NCBI GenBank assembly: GCA_964406075.1
Contig: CAYOQI010000001.1
Coordinates: forward strand, 69,015-133,014
Reading direction: 5' to 3'
Source: an uncultured Pseudomonadales bacterium
GTDB taxonomy: Bacteria > Patescibacteriota > Microgenomatia > UBA1400 > PJMF01
DNA: 64,000 nt
The notes beneath the pieces were generated by a model. The model had not been told where the DNA came from. It did not search any database and saw nothing but the letters and a program-made list of their open reading frames with translations. Shown here piece after piece: positions 44,588-54,156 of this stretch (positions within the stretch are counted from its first letter, which is position 1; every line of letters begins with the position of its first letter). The position numbers were made by a program, and so were the translations under genes.

Positions 44588-45934
44588 CTATAAACGAAAT
44601 TGATGAGGAGATATGATTGCCTTCATTTCTAAAAATAAGTTCTTTCTTAAAACTGGATGGAAATAATCCATTACAAACGTCGAAATAAATAACGCAAAAA
44701 GACTTGATATAACAGCCCCTTGCCAACCCCAAATCGGAATCAAGAGTATATTTCCAGCCACATTCAGTATTGCTCCGATAACATTTGTAAATAAATCAAA
44801 GTAAAAAATACTACCATTTGTAACAACTAACGACCTCGCAATTCCAAAATTCGTGAAAAAAAGCCTCAGACTCAGTAACAAGATCATCCCCATCGCCACA
44901 TTATATTGTGATCCATATATCAATGGAATTAGAGGAATCGAGATAAAGAAGCTCACCAAAACCATGATAATAAAGCCCAAGAACATCAATCGATAGATGT
45001 TCGTAATATGGTGCGAAAACAACTCTTTCTCAAACCTTCCAGCATGAAGTAAAGCTGGTGTGGCAGCTTTTAGTAGTAAGGACGGAAAAAGAGCCAGCAC
45101 TTCAGTGATTCCTAACGCGACTGCGTACTGAGCAACAACATTTGATCCTAAATAATATTGTAAAAATAAAAAATCTGCCTTGGCATATACCATGACAGCA
45201 AACCCTGAAATCACGATCGGAAACGACATTTTTATTACCTTCTTTAGATACTCAAAATCAATGTGAATTGAAGTGATTTGCTTTGAGAAAAAGAAGTATC
45301 CATACATCAAAATCGTCGTCAAAATAATTTCTATAGCTGTCAAAGTGATGATCGCTTCAACTGATCTATTCAAGTAGAGCACTACAATTTTGCAGACGAG
45401 GAAAAACATCAGGAAAGTTGTCTTTAAAGGAATAAGTTTATGAAGTTCAAGCTTCGATTGAAACCAGCTTTCAACCAGCTCTCCGCTTTGCAAAGCAAGC
45501 GCGAACATCAAAACTCCAACGAGCAACTGACTGGTTGAATCTTGTGTTCGAATAAATACCATCGTTGATACAGCCAACAAAAAAGTAACTACTCCTACTA
45601 CTATTTGGAGAAACAGCATTGTTCCAAAAATCTTCCCTTTTCCTGTTGTTGATTGAGAAAATTCACGAATTGCTAACGTTGGTAAACCTGCGCTCGCTAA
45701 TGGAATAAAAATACTGACAAATGCAAAAATATAAGTGTAGTACCCGTACTGGGTAGGTCCTAATAACCGTGCTAAAAATACACTCATAATAAAAACTGAC
45801 AGAAGTTTTGCAAATTGCTCGAGACTCAACCAGAGTAAATGTATCGCAGATTTTTTAAAGGTCGCTCTTTCTGCCAACACTTGAAAAAATGAAAAAGAGT
45901 ATTGAGAAATATAGGTGTTGATTGTTTTATACAT
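44588..45934 (-). CDS. Wzx-type oligosaccharide flippase (MOP/polysaccharide biosynthesis protein family)
   Basis: It has ~12 TM segments and the motif FLARLLGPTQYG after TM1. I prefer the ATG at 45934 over the TTG at 46039. Confidence 0.75.
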   Translation of the reverse strand: MYKTINTYISQYSFSFFQVLAERATFKKSAIHLLWLSLEQFAKLLSVFIMSVFLARLLGPTQYGYYTYIFAFVSIFIPLASAGLPTLAIREFSQSTTGKGKIFGTMLFLQIVVGVVTFLLAVSTMVFIRTQDSTSQLLVGVLMFALALQSGELVESWFQSKLELHKLIPLKTTFLMFFLVCKIVVLYLNRSVEAIITLTAIEIILTTILMYGYFFFSKQITSIHIDFEYLKKVIKMSFPIVISGFAVMVYAKADFLFLQYYLGSNVVAQYAVALGITEVLALFPSLLLKAATPALLHAGRFEKELFSHHITNIYRLMFLGFIIMVLVSFFISIPLIPLIYGSQYNVAMGMILLLSLRLFFTNFGIARSLVVTNGSIFYFDLFTNVIGAILNVAGNILLIPIWGWQGAVISSLFALFISTFVMDYFHPVLRKNLFLEMKAIISPHQFRL

Positions 45935-46067
45935 TTCTTGAAACCTGTGAAATAATACTGAGGTAATTGGCTTGATGGCTGAAAGGCATATATTTCGTCC
46001 TTCAATTATAACAACCTGATGAAAGACAGTGTCAGACAAAAGTCATACATCCTTAAAAAAAACACGC

Positions 46068-46988
46068 ATGAAAAAACTCCACACCTCAAGATACTATTTC
46101 CTTGATATTGTCCGAATTATCGCCATGGGAATGATTGTTTGGTTTCATATTGCTTTGACTTTATTACTGCCTGGAAATGATGGCCTCGTCATTCCAAAAT
46201 TTTATTACTTCAGTTTAGGTAATATTGGTGTATCTATTTTCATCATCCTATCTGGATTGGTCTTACAACTTCGATATGCAGGTGCTCCGCTTGAGCTTTT
46301 TTCTTTTTTCAAAAGTAGAATCGTAAAAATTTACCTTGTGTATTTTGTTTCATTTTTGTTTTTGCTCCTGATTCGAATATTCAAAAACATTTCATACTTT
46401 GAGACAGTATGGTATTCATGTCCTGAGTGTACGCTTGTACGTTCTGCTTGTAGTGTGGTTGGAATTTGTGCATTCTTTGGCGAATGGGGCGGCCCATTTG
46501 GAAGAACGAGTTGGTTTATTGGAGTGATCTTGAGTTTATACCTCTTATATCCAAAACTAAAACAATGGCTTGCTCACTCACCTACTCAAATACTTTTTTT
46601 AACGCTGATTGTCAGTGTCATATCAAGATTATTTATAACGAAACTCCCGTTTCTGATTGGCACACCGTTGGAATGGTTTCCACTCAACCGAATTTTTGAA
46701 TTCACACTTGGTATGTACTTAGCGCCATATTTTCAAAAATCCTCGCTAGCCTCACTTTCATTCACAAAAGCTTCTGGAAATTTCATTACTCTTTTGAGTG
46801 CACTCACCTTTCCTGTTTTTTTACTCCATTACGAATTCGATTTTTTATTAATTCAAATGAGACTTGCAGGTTACAGTTATTTAAAAACAATTTCTTTGTA
46901 TCTCATTATTTCACTGGTAGTTTCCTTTCTGTGTTTGTTCGTCGTGAATGTCTTTGAAAAGAAACAAAAAAAGAGATCAATTAATTAA
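46068..46988 (+). CDS. Acyltransferase family 3 membrane O-acyltransferase
   Basis: It has YYFLDIVRIIAMGMIVWFHI and about 10 TM segments. I prefer the ATG at 46068 over the GTG at 46029. Confidence 0.75.
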   Translation: MKKLHTSRYYFLDIVRIIAMGMIVWFHIALTLLLPGNDGLVIPKFYYFSLGNIGVSIFIILSGLVLQLRYAGAPLELFSFFKSRIVKIYLVYFVSFLFLLLIRIFKNISYFETVWYSCPECTLVRSACSVVGICAFFGEWGGPFGRTSWFIGVILSLYLLYPKLKQWLAHSPTQILFLTLIVSVISRLFITKLPFLIGTPLEWFPLNRIFEFTLGMYLAPYFQKSSLASLSFTKASGNFITLLSALTFPVFLLHYEFDFLLIQMRLAGYSYLKTISLYLIISLVVSFLCLFVVNVFEKKQKKRSIN

Positions 46989-47911
46989 GCTTTTAAAATT
47001 CGGTGTTTAAACGTACCGAGTCCAAGAAGCAGAAAATATTTCCACTTTGGAATAGCATACAGTTGCGATTGAACTATGTTGTCGATATCTTGATCAACAA
47101 TCGTGCTTTTAGGATGTTTCAATGGGAACTCGAGCTCAACACTCTGTCGATACGCATGATCAATATGAGCAAGTTTTGTATGGGTAGACTCTTGATCAAA
47201 GCCAACATTCGTAACCAAGTTTTTGGTTGGTGTAATACAAATTCCATTAGATCTCAGTATTGCAAAAACCCACTGATAGTCCCAGGTATCAATTTTTCCG
47301 GCATGTGTTTTATCAAAGATTTTTGTCCAATACTCCTGAACTGTGGTGTTATTAAAATGTAACTCTAATTGTTTGTCTTTTTTGAACTGAGGCCAATCGC
47401 GCATATGCACGTCAAAATGTTTCCAAGCATGCTTCCATGTGGCCCAACCCCAACAGATGGGAGTTGATGAAAAATAATAACTTGATTCGACTGTGATATT
47501 CTTCACTAAACTTGATCCAGCAATGCTCATCACCTGAGGAGTTGATTTATATTTCTCTAGCATTTCAGCAGCAAACTTAAAAAAACTTTCATTGGGAATA
47601 CAATCATCTTCGAGAATGATGCCACTCTCTACTTGATCAAAAAACCAAGTAATTGCGGAGGAGACTGCATTTTTACATCCCAAATTTTTCTTCATTCTAT
47701 TCACCTGGACTTTACTCTGCCAATCAATTTTTTTAATGATGTTTAAAATTTCTTGCTGATTTGCCTCATCTCGGGAATTACCTTCCCGAGCACCATCAAT
47801 ACTAATAAACACTCGTTTGGGTTTGATCGCGCTTAAGGCTTGAATTACTTTTTTAATTTTATGCGGACGATTAAATGCGATGATAAGGACTGGAACAGAA
47901 GAATATTTCAC
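46985..47911 (-). CDS. GT-A-fold nucleotide-diphospho-sugar transferase (GNT-I/HlpA-like)
   Basis: Motifs VLIIAFNRP, SIDGAREGN and IILEDDCIP are present. Confidence 0.6.
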   Translation of the reverse strand: MKYSSVPVLIIAFNRPHKIKKVIQALSAIKPKRVFISIDGAREGNSRDEANQQEILNIIKKIDWQSKVQVNRMKKNLGCKNAVSSAITWFFDQVESGIILEDDCIPNESFFKFAAEMLEKYKSTPQVMSIAGSSLVKNITVESSYYFSSTPICWGWATWKHAWKHFDVHMRDWPQFKKDKQLELHFNNTTVQEYWTKIFDKTHAGKIDTWDYQWVFAILRSNGICITPTKNLVTNVGFDQESTHTKLAHIDHAYRQSVELEFPLKHPKSTIVDQDIDNIVQSQLYAIPKWKYFLLLGLGTFKHRILKA

Positions 47912-47917
47912 GGGATT

Positions 47918-49093
47918 TTAGATATTAAACGTATCGATAAGTGTTTGTAATTCCTCAGTTGTTAATTCAGGATTATTCCCAAAATACAAACCTTGGGTAT
48001 GTGTGAGCAACGCATTCTCAGTTGGGTATTTTTTTTGCGTAGAAAAGTATTTCTGATAAAAAGGTTGCTTACTCATGTCACCGCCAACAACTGGTCTGAT
48101 TTCAACCTGGTTTTCACATCTTTTTACCAAGTTATTCCGAATTTCTTGATTTTTACAGATAAGAGGAATAGCAAAGTTGGAGACCGTTTGTATGTGATCG
48201 TATCTCAATGGATAGTAATTTGTGTTTTTATATAAAACCTTCGCAATTTTGAAAAAATTCTTCTGTCTCTTTTTAACAATTTCAGGTAAATACTCTAATT
48301 GCGAATTTCCAAGAAAACCGTTAATTTCTGTCGGACGTAAATTGTAACCCAAGTCATAAAATGTATACCGTGAATAAAAAGTTGAATTAACTTTGTGTTT
48401 TGTTCTGATGTCTTTCTGTTGATCAACATTCATATTTCTATCCCAGCCATGAGCTCTTACTAAGGACAACATATCTGCCAGTTCATCATCATCTGTACAT
48501 ATCACACCACCTTCAATCGTAGACATATGATGTCCCACATAAAATGAACACGTACTCGCAAGACCAAAATTTCCTAACAATTTATTCTGATAGATGGTTC
48601 CGAGTGATTCACAATTATCTTCAAGAAGGATAATTTTTTCTTTATCACAAATTTCTTTAATTTTTTCTAAATCATCACAAAAACCAAGTAAATTTGTTAC
48701 AAAAATAGCATCTAACTTTTCAAGCTCAAGAACATTTTTTACTGTTCTTGAAGAGATATTTACTGTGTCCAGCTCAATATCAATTGGTATTGGTATTAAT
48801 CCTAATTCAATAATTGGCATGACATTCGTCGACCAAGTAATTGCCGAAAACCCAACCTTGTCCCCTTTTTTTAATCGCCCTAAATTGAGTAACGCTTGAA
48901 TTAAAGCGAGGTTTGCAGAACTACCACTATTCACAAAAACGGTATGCTTTCTTTTTTGATATTTTGAAAATGAAGACTCAAACTTTTTACATTCAGATGA
49001 AAAACTCAGCATTTCTGCATGTTGAATAAATTTCTGTAATTGTTTTTTGGTTCGTGCTTCTTTGTAGAAAGAAGATTTGATGAGTTTAATCAT
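47918..49093 (-). CDS. DegT/DnrJ/EryC1/StrS-family enzyme of the ColD/E1 sugar 3-dehydratase subgroup (His replaces the Schiff-base Lys)
   Basis: NSGSSANL is present, and SFYVGHHMSTIEGG has His where aminotransferases have Lys. LLEDNCESLG, VRAHGWDRN and GYNLRPTEING resemble GDP-4-keto-6-deoxymannose 3-dehydratase as I recall it. Confidence 0.75.
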   Translation of the reverse strand: MIKLIKSSFYKEARTKKQLQKFIQHAEMLSFSSECKKFESSFSKYQKRKHTVFVNSGSSANLALIQALLNLGRLKKGDKVGFSAITWSTNVMPIIELGLIPIPIDIELDTVNISSRTVKNVLELEKLDAIFVTNLLGFCDDLEKIKEICDKEKIILLEDNCESLGTIYQNKLLGNFGLASTCSFYVGHHMSTIEGGVICTDDDELADMLSLVRAHGWDRNMNVDQQKDIRTKHKVNSTFYSRYTFYDLGYNLRPTEINGFLGNSQLEYLPEIVKKRQKNFFKIAKVLYKNTNYYPLRYDHIQTVSNFAIPLICKNQEIRNNLVKRCENQVEIRPVVGGDMSKQPFYQKYFSTQKKYPTENALLTHTQGLYFGNNPELTTEELQTLIDTFNI

Positions 49094-50279
49094 GGATAGT
49101 GTTCAGTATTGCATGGGCAACCTGTCTCCAATTGTATAGTTTTATGATTTTTTCTCTACCTCTGCTACCCATTTGCCTATTTTGTCTATAGTCTTTTAGA
49201 CAAAGTAAGCCTTTATATGCAGATTCCTGAATATTATGTGGATCAATCAGATAGCCGGAAACACCATCTTCAACATCTTCATCAGTAATGTTTGATCGTA
49301 ATACGGGTGTTCCGCATGATAACGCTTGTTTTACCGGCATATTACTTGAAGTAGTCCCCAACATTTCATCGGAAGATGTCGAAAGATATAGCCAACTATT
49401 TGAATATAGAATTGGTAATTCACTATATGAAAGTAGCCCTTTAAAAACAATTTTCTCTGATATCCCTAAATGTTTCACCAAATCAAGATAGCTTTTTTTT
49501 TCGGCAGAATCCGGCTGAGTTGAAGTGACAACTAACATTAAACTGGGATCTTTTTCCAACATTTTTGAAAATATTTCGATAGCTAAGTCAGTATTTTTCA
49601 TTTTAGAGTAATCAGTTGAATGTGTGATGATTTTTTTATTTTTATATTCATCTTGGAACAAAGTACTTTTTTGCGGTGAAAAATGTTTTGAATCAACACC
49701 TACTTTGGTAATTACAGATGAAACACCATAGACATCATGAATCATTTTTTGAGTGGTTGAATTTAAAGTCAGCACTTGCTTTGCTTGCCGAGTTGCCCAA
49801 ATATCTGTCCAACCATATAAAAAAGATAATACTTGTAACAGTTCCCTTTTTGGAAATGAAAAAGTATGTATGAATCGATCATTATGAAAAAAAGGAAAAG
49901 GTTCGTAGCAGTAGTAATAAAAGTTTTTATGTAACAACTTTGAACAGACAGCAACAATAAAATTTGAAGGGTAATGTGTTGCTAAGTGTATTCCATCTTT
50001 TGAACGGATCATTATTTTTAGACAACATACGATATCGTAGAGAATAAAAAAGGGAAAGAATATCCAATATAAAATTGAGTGTGTAGATAGAACAGAAGTG
50101 AGTATAACCTGATCACAGACTGCCTCAAACTTCTTAATTATTTTCTGTGATCCAGATTGGGCAACAAGTGTTGTTTTGTATTTCTGCTCTTTAAAATGTG
50201 TAATGACATCGAAAATAAATGATGTTCCCCCCATCCAAAATTGAAGGTGTGGATAGTACCAATAAATGTCAGTTTTCAT
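49086..50279 (-). CDS. Glycosyltransferase family 4-like (divergent)
   Basis: The length and layout fit a GT-B fold. The C-terminal DEMLGTTSSNMPVKQALSCGTPV is a degenerate E..G...EA...G.PV motif. Confidence 0.6.
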   Translation of the reverse strand: MKTDIYWYYPHLQFWMGGTSFIFDVITHFKEQKYKTTLVAQSGSQKIIKKFEAVCDQVILTSVLSTHSILYWIFFPFFILYDIVCCLKIMIRSKDGIHLATHYPSNFIVAVCSKLLHKNFYYYCYEPFPFFHNDRFIHTFSFPKRELLQVLSFLYGWTDIWATRQAKQVLTLNSTTQKMIHDVYGVSSVITKVGVDSKHFSPQKSTLFQDEYKNKKIITHSTDYSKMKNTDLAIEIFSKMLEKDPSLMLVVTSTQPDSAEKKSYLDLVKHLGISEKIVFKGLLSYSELPILYSNSWLYLSTSSDEMLGTTSSNMPVKQALSCGTPVLRSNITDEDVEDGVSGYLIDPHNIQESAYKGLLCLKDYRQNRQMGSRGREKIIKLYNWRQVAHAILNTIHD

Positions 50280-51223
50280 TCTGTAGATTTCTTAAACCAG
50301 TCGTATGTTTTTTTGAGTCCTTTTTCAAATTCGATTTCAGATACAAAATCAAATTCTTTTTTTGCTCTTGATACATCTAATTTCCTTCGCGGCTGTCCGT
50401 CAGGCTTCGTAGTGTCAAACACGATTTTTCCTTTGTATCCTGTGACTTTCTTTACGACATTTGCTAAATCTTTAATACTAATTTCAAAATGTGAGCCCAA
50501 ATTCACTGGTTCTGAACTGTTGTAATACTCTGTTGCGAGCAGAATCCCTCTTGCAGCATCATCAACGTATAAAAACTCACGGGTTGGTGTACCAGTTCCC
50601 CAGACAACAACCTTGGGAGCATTTTGGCGTTCAGCTTCGACAAACTTTTTGACTAATGCTGGAATTACGTGCGATGAGTCTGGGTTGAAATTATCACCAG
50701 GACCATAAAGATTTACTGGTAGTAAATAAATAGCATTAAACCCATATTGCTGTCTGTATGCCTGGGCTTGAACTAAGAGCATTTTTTTTGCCAAGCCATA
50801 CGGAGCATTTGTTTCTTCAGGATATCCATCCCATAAACTTTCCTCTTTGAAAGGAACAGGAGTAAATTTTGGGTAGGCACAAATTGTACCGATGGCTACG
50901 AACTTAGATACTTTGGCTTTTCGAGCTTCTTCCATTAAATTCACACCCAGCATGAGATTGTCATAAAATAATTCACCTGGATGATGTAAGTTATATCCAA
51001 TACCACCGACATTGGCAGCTAAGTGAATAATAATATCTTTGTTCTTGACTACTTCTTCACACACACTTTTTTGGCGAAGATCTTGGTCTTTTGATCGAGG
51101 AATATGTACTTCAGCAACAGGCAATTTTTTAAGCAATGCAGCAACGTGAGAACCTAAAAACCCATTTCCACCTGTGAGTAAAATTCGTTTGTTTTTCCAA
51201 AAATCCGGAGTGAGTTCTTTCAT
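50276..51223 (-). CDS. fcl: GDP-L-fucose synthase family SDR (Fcl/WcaG; could act as a ColC-type GDP-colitose synthase)
   Basis: Motifs ILLTGGNGFLGSH, YGLAKKM, LPVNLYGPGDNFNPDSSHVIPAL, VVVWGTGTPTREFLYVDD and KPDGQPRRKLD align closely with E. coli Fcl as recalled. Confidence 0.85.
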   Translation of the reverse strand: MKELTPDFWKNKRILLTGGNGFLGSHVAALLKKLPVAEVHIPRSKDQDLRQKSVCEEVVKNKDIIIHLAANVGGIGYNLHHPGELFYDNLMLGVNLMEEARKAKVSKFVAIGTICAYPKFTPVPFKEESLWDGYPEETNAPYGLAKKMLLVQAQAYRQQYGFNAIYLLPVNLYGPGDNFNPDSSHVIPALVKKFVEAERQNAPKVVVWGTGTPTREFLYVDDAARGILLATEYYNSSEPVNLGSHFEISIKDLANVVKKVTGYKGKIVFDTTKPDGQPRRKLDVSRAKKEFDFVSEIEFEKGLKKTYDWFKKSTE

Positions 51224-51237
51224 ACATGATGACAGGA

Positions 51238-52053
51238 TTATTTTATTAACCGATAAATAGTAACAATTAAAAATGAGTGCAATGTATGTAGTTGTAGTGC
51301 AACAAATGAAACACCTTGAGTCTTCGCAACTTCGAGTTCTTCACGAAACTGATTTTCAAATTGTATGCCACCTTTTGATTGTTTGTGAATACGAAAAGCT
51401 GCAATTGGCTCAGACAAAAAAAAGGGTTCACCGACGGTATTTAGCACTCTTAACCAATATTCATAATCCATTGTAAATCTTAATTTTTGATTAAAACTCC
51501 CAACTTTCTCAAGTGTTTCCCAGCGAATGAATGTCGCTGGTTGAGGTATAGGATTTAATATTGCTAAAATTTTTGCACCAAATATTTTTCTCAGCACTGA
51601 TTTGTAGGATCGAATCAACGACTGTATTTGATTCCCGGCTTCATCAACTATCAAAGCGTCAGCAACCAGCCACGATGAATGTTCATTTTTTAAAAAATTA
51701 TGCTTAACTTCTTCCAAACACTTTGGGTGAAGTAAGTAATCATCTGAATTCAGATAAGAAAAAATAACCTTATTGGAATCGATTTTCTCTTTTTTTATTA
51801 AGTTGCGAAAGTACTCGATCCCTTTATTTAATGCATCTACCTGACCATTATCTTTCTCTGAAAACCAAGTCATTTGCTTACTGAACTTTTGTAAAATATT
51901 TTTGGTGTCATCACTTGATCCACCATCCATAACTACATATTTGACTGTCACATTCTGCTGACTCAACACCGATTCAATTGTTTTCCCTACGAATTTATCT
52001 TGATTGAAAGACGGTGTAAGTATAAAAAAAATGAGATCTGATGAATGTACCAT
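51238..52053 (-). CDS. Glycosyltransferase family 2
   Basis: Motifs ILTPSFNQDKF, VMDGGSSDDT and LNSDD are present. Confidence 0.75.
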   Translation of the reverse strand: MVHSSDLIFFILTPSFNQDKFVGKTIESVLSQQNVTVKYVVMDGGSSDDTKNILQKFSKQMTWFSEKDNGQVDALNKGIEYFRNLIKKEKIDSNKVIFSYLNSDDYLLHPKCLEEVKHNFLKNEHSSWLVADALIVDEAGNQIQSLIRSYKSVLRKIFGAKILAILNPIPQPATFIRWETLEKVGSFNQKLRFTMDYEYWLRVLNTVGEPFFLSEPIAAFRIHKQSKGGIQFENQFREELEVAKTQGVSFVALQLHTLHSFLIVTIYRLIK

Positions 52054-52066
52054 ATCACTAAATGAT

Positions 52067-52408
52067 CTACGCTTTTGTATCTAGGATCAATTTTTTAATC
52101 GCTGAATCTCGAACCGATCGTTCTAATTTTTTTTCCATCTTTCTAATCGATACTCGATTGAAATACGACATCAAAGTAAGAAACATAAAAGCGATGAGGG
52201 TGAGTGAGTCAAAAACTCTGGAAATCCGTAGTTGTTGAGTAATCGGTTGCAAGAGCTGAGGGAAAATGGCTAAAGTTATGAATCCACCCCAAATAACCAA
52301 CCATAATTTAAACTCAAACTGCTCAAAATGACCTTTCTTAAAATGTACTCTCAATATGTAGATCATGAATAAACCAAAAAGTACGGAGAAAAATTGAAGT
52401 GGAATCAT
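52067..52408 (-). CDS. DUF2304-type small membrane protein
   Basis: It has four hydrophobic segments followed by a basic C-terminal helix. It sits immediately downstream of a DPM1-like GT2, the usual DUF2304 context. The ATG at 52408 avoids an overlap with the upstream gene. Confidence 0.55.
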   Translation of the reverse strand: MIPLQFFSVLFGLFMIYILRVHFKKGHFEQFEFKLWLVIWGGFITLAIFPQLLQPITQQLRISRVFDSLTLIAFMFLTLMSYFNRVSIRKMEKKLERSVRDSAIKKLILDTKA

Positions 52409-52437
52409 AGAGTTATCATCGTAAATAATTAGTTCAC

Positions 52438-53139
52438 TTAAATACCAACACGCCACTTGAGTAGTTGAAACAGTACCTGAAGGGCATCCAAAACATTCAT
52501 TCCTTTTTCCACATCATGATAAATCGTTTCAATTTCAACTGTAGTATACGGTAATTTTGATTTTGCTACATTCACTGCAATTTCCATTTCGACTTCATAT
52601 CCCTGACTTTTCCATTTTACTTTGGAATACGCTTCCTTTGTGAGGGCTTTAAATCCAGATGGGATGTCAGGAATGTATCGATGAAATAATACAGAGACCA
52701 ACGCAGAAGCAACTTTATTCCCTAAAAACCTTTGTAAAGGCATATCTTTCTCAGAAAATGTTCGTATACCGAAAACAACGGCGCTCCCTTGCTTTAACTC
52801 CTTAATAAAAGAGTGAATTTCTTCAGGGTTATGTTGATCATCTGCATCCATGAAAATAACGGCTTTTGCCTGACATTCACGGAAAGCGTACTCACAGCCA
52901 GTTTTCATGGCTGCACCTTTTCCAAGATTTACTTCGTGGACTAAAACATGAGGAATAATTTTTTTAGCGAGTACTGCTGTTTTATCTTGAGACCCGTCAT
53001 CGACAAGAATAATATTTGAAGTCACCAACAATGTCTTTTTTAAGACAGTTTGGATATATTTCTCTTCGTTATGGCCAGGGATGATTACCCAAACACCTGA
53101 TTTTCCTGGAAACAGCTGGTTTTTTCTCGATTCATTCAC
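52438..53139 (-). CDS. Polyprenyl-phosphate sugar synthase-type GT2 (DPM1/GtrB/ArnC-like)
   Basis: Motifs VIIPGHNEEKYI, LVDDGSQDKT, FMDADDQH and SGFKAL are present. At 233 aa it is soluble-sized. Confidence 0.8.
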   Translation of the reverse strand: MNESRKNQLFPGKSGVWVIIPGHNEEKYIQTVLKKTLLVTSNIILVDDGSQDKTAVLAKKIIPHVLVHEVNLGKGAAMKTGCEYAFRECQAKAVIFMDADDQHNPEEIHSFIKELKQGSAVVFGIRTFSEKDMPLQRFLGNKVASALVSVLFHRYIPDIPSGFKALTKEAYSKVKWKSQGYEVEMEIAVNVAKSKLPYTTVEIETIYHDVEKGMNVLDALQVLFQLLKWRVGI

Positions 53140-53190
53140 AGGATATAGTGTATAACAATTTCACTTGAAGGTAACCACCTGAGATAAAAA

Positions 53191-54135
53191 TCACTGATGA
53201 TTTTTCCAAAATTCTTGAAAATACTGAACAACCTGAGGAATTCCCTCTTCTAAACTGACTTCAGAAGCCCAGCCTAATTCATCGTGAGCTTTCTTTGCAC
53301 TGGCAACCAGTACCAAAGGATCTCCTGGGCGAGGTGGAAAGTTTTTAATTTTTGCCTGCTTATTCATGGCTTTTTCAATCACATGAATGATATCTATTAC
53401 AGCTGTTGGACGTTCTGTCGATAAATTAAAGTAATGATATTTTCCTGGCTCTCTTTGAGCTAACTCTAAGGCCTTAAGATGTGCTGACACGACATCATGA
53501 ATAAAAATGTAATCGCGTTGATGTTCTCCGCTTCCCCAGACTGTGACTTCTTCATCGTTATGAATTTGTTTGATAAAACGAGGTATTGCGTGAGACTCTG
53601 GCTCATGATGTTCTTCAGGTCCGTATAAATTAAAGTATCGTAAAGCCACACCTGTCATTTGATGTGCCGCTGAATACGATGACACCAGCGCTTCCATCGC
53701 CAGCTTCGTCATACCGTACGGATTGATCGGCATTGTTCGATCATCTTCAAGAATGGGGACACGTTGAGGTTCACCATAGATTGCGGCGCTTGAAGAAAAG
53801 AGGAAATTATTCACTCCATTTTCCCGCATAGCTTCCAAAACTGAGACAGTTCCTGAAATATTAAAATCAACAAATTTTTGTGGAAACTTGACCGACTCTC
53901 CCGCTTCAATGAGTGAAGCAAGGTGAAACACAGCTAGTGAATCTTTAATCTCAATCTTCATTTTTTCCGCATCTTGCACATCTGCTATGACGGTAGGAAA
54001 TTCTGGATTCTCTTTTAAATCAATCACTTTAATTTGATAACCAGCTTTGCTGATAGCTCGACATAAGTGTTTTCCAAGGAATCCTGCACCACCGGTAATA
54101 ATGATCTGTTTTGAAGTTTGAGTTGTTTGTTCCAT
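53191..54135 (-). CDS. UDP-glucose 4-epimerase family SDR (GalE-like)
   Basis: Motifs IIITGGAGFLGKH, YGMTKLAME (YxxxK) and LRYFNLYGP are present. I prefer the ATG at 54135. Confidence 0.8.
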   Translation of the reverse strand: MEQTTQTSKQIIITGGAGFLGKHLCRAISKAGYQIKVIDLKENPEFPTVIADVQDAEKMKIEIKDSLAVFHLASLIEAGESVKFPQKFVDFNISGTVSVLEAMRENGVNNFLFSSSAAIYGEPQRVPILEDDRTMPINPYGMTKLAMEALVSSYSAAHQMTGVALRYFNLYGPEEHHEPESHAIPRFIKQIHNDEEVTVWGSGEHQRDYIFIHDVVSAHLKALELAQREPGKYHYFNLSTERPTAVIDIIHVIEKAMNKQAKIKNFPPRPGDPLVLVASAKKAHDELGWASEVSLEEGIPQVVQYFQEFWKNHQ

Positions 54136-54156
54136 AGAAAGTAATAATAGCACGCC

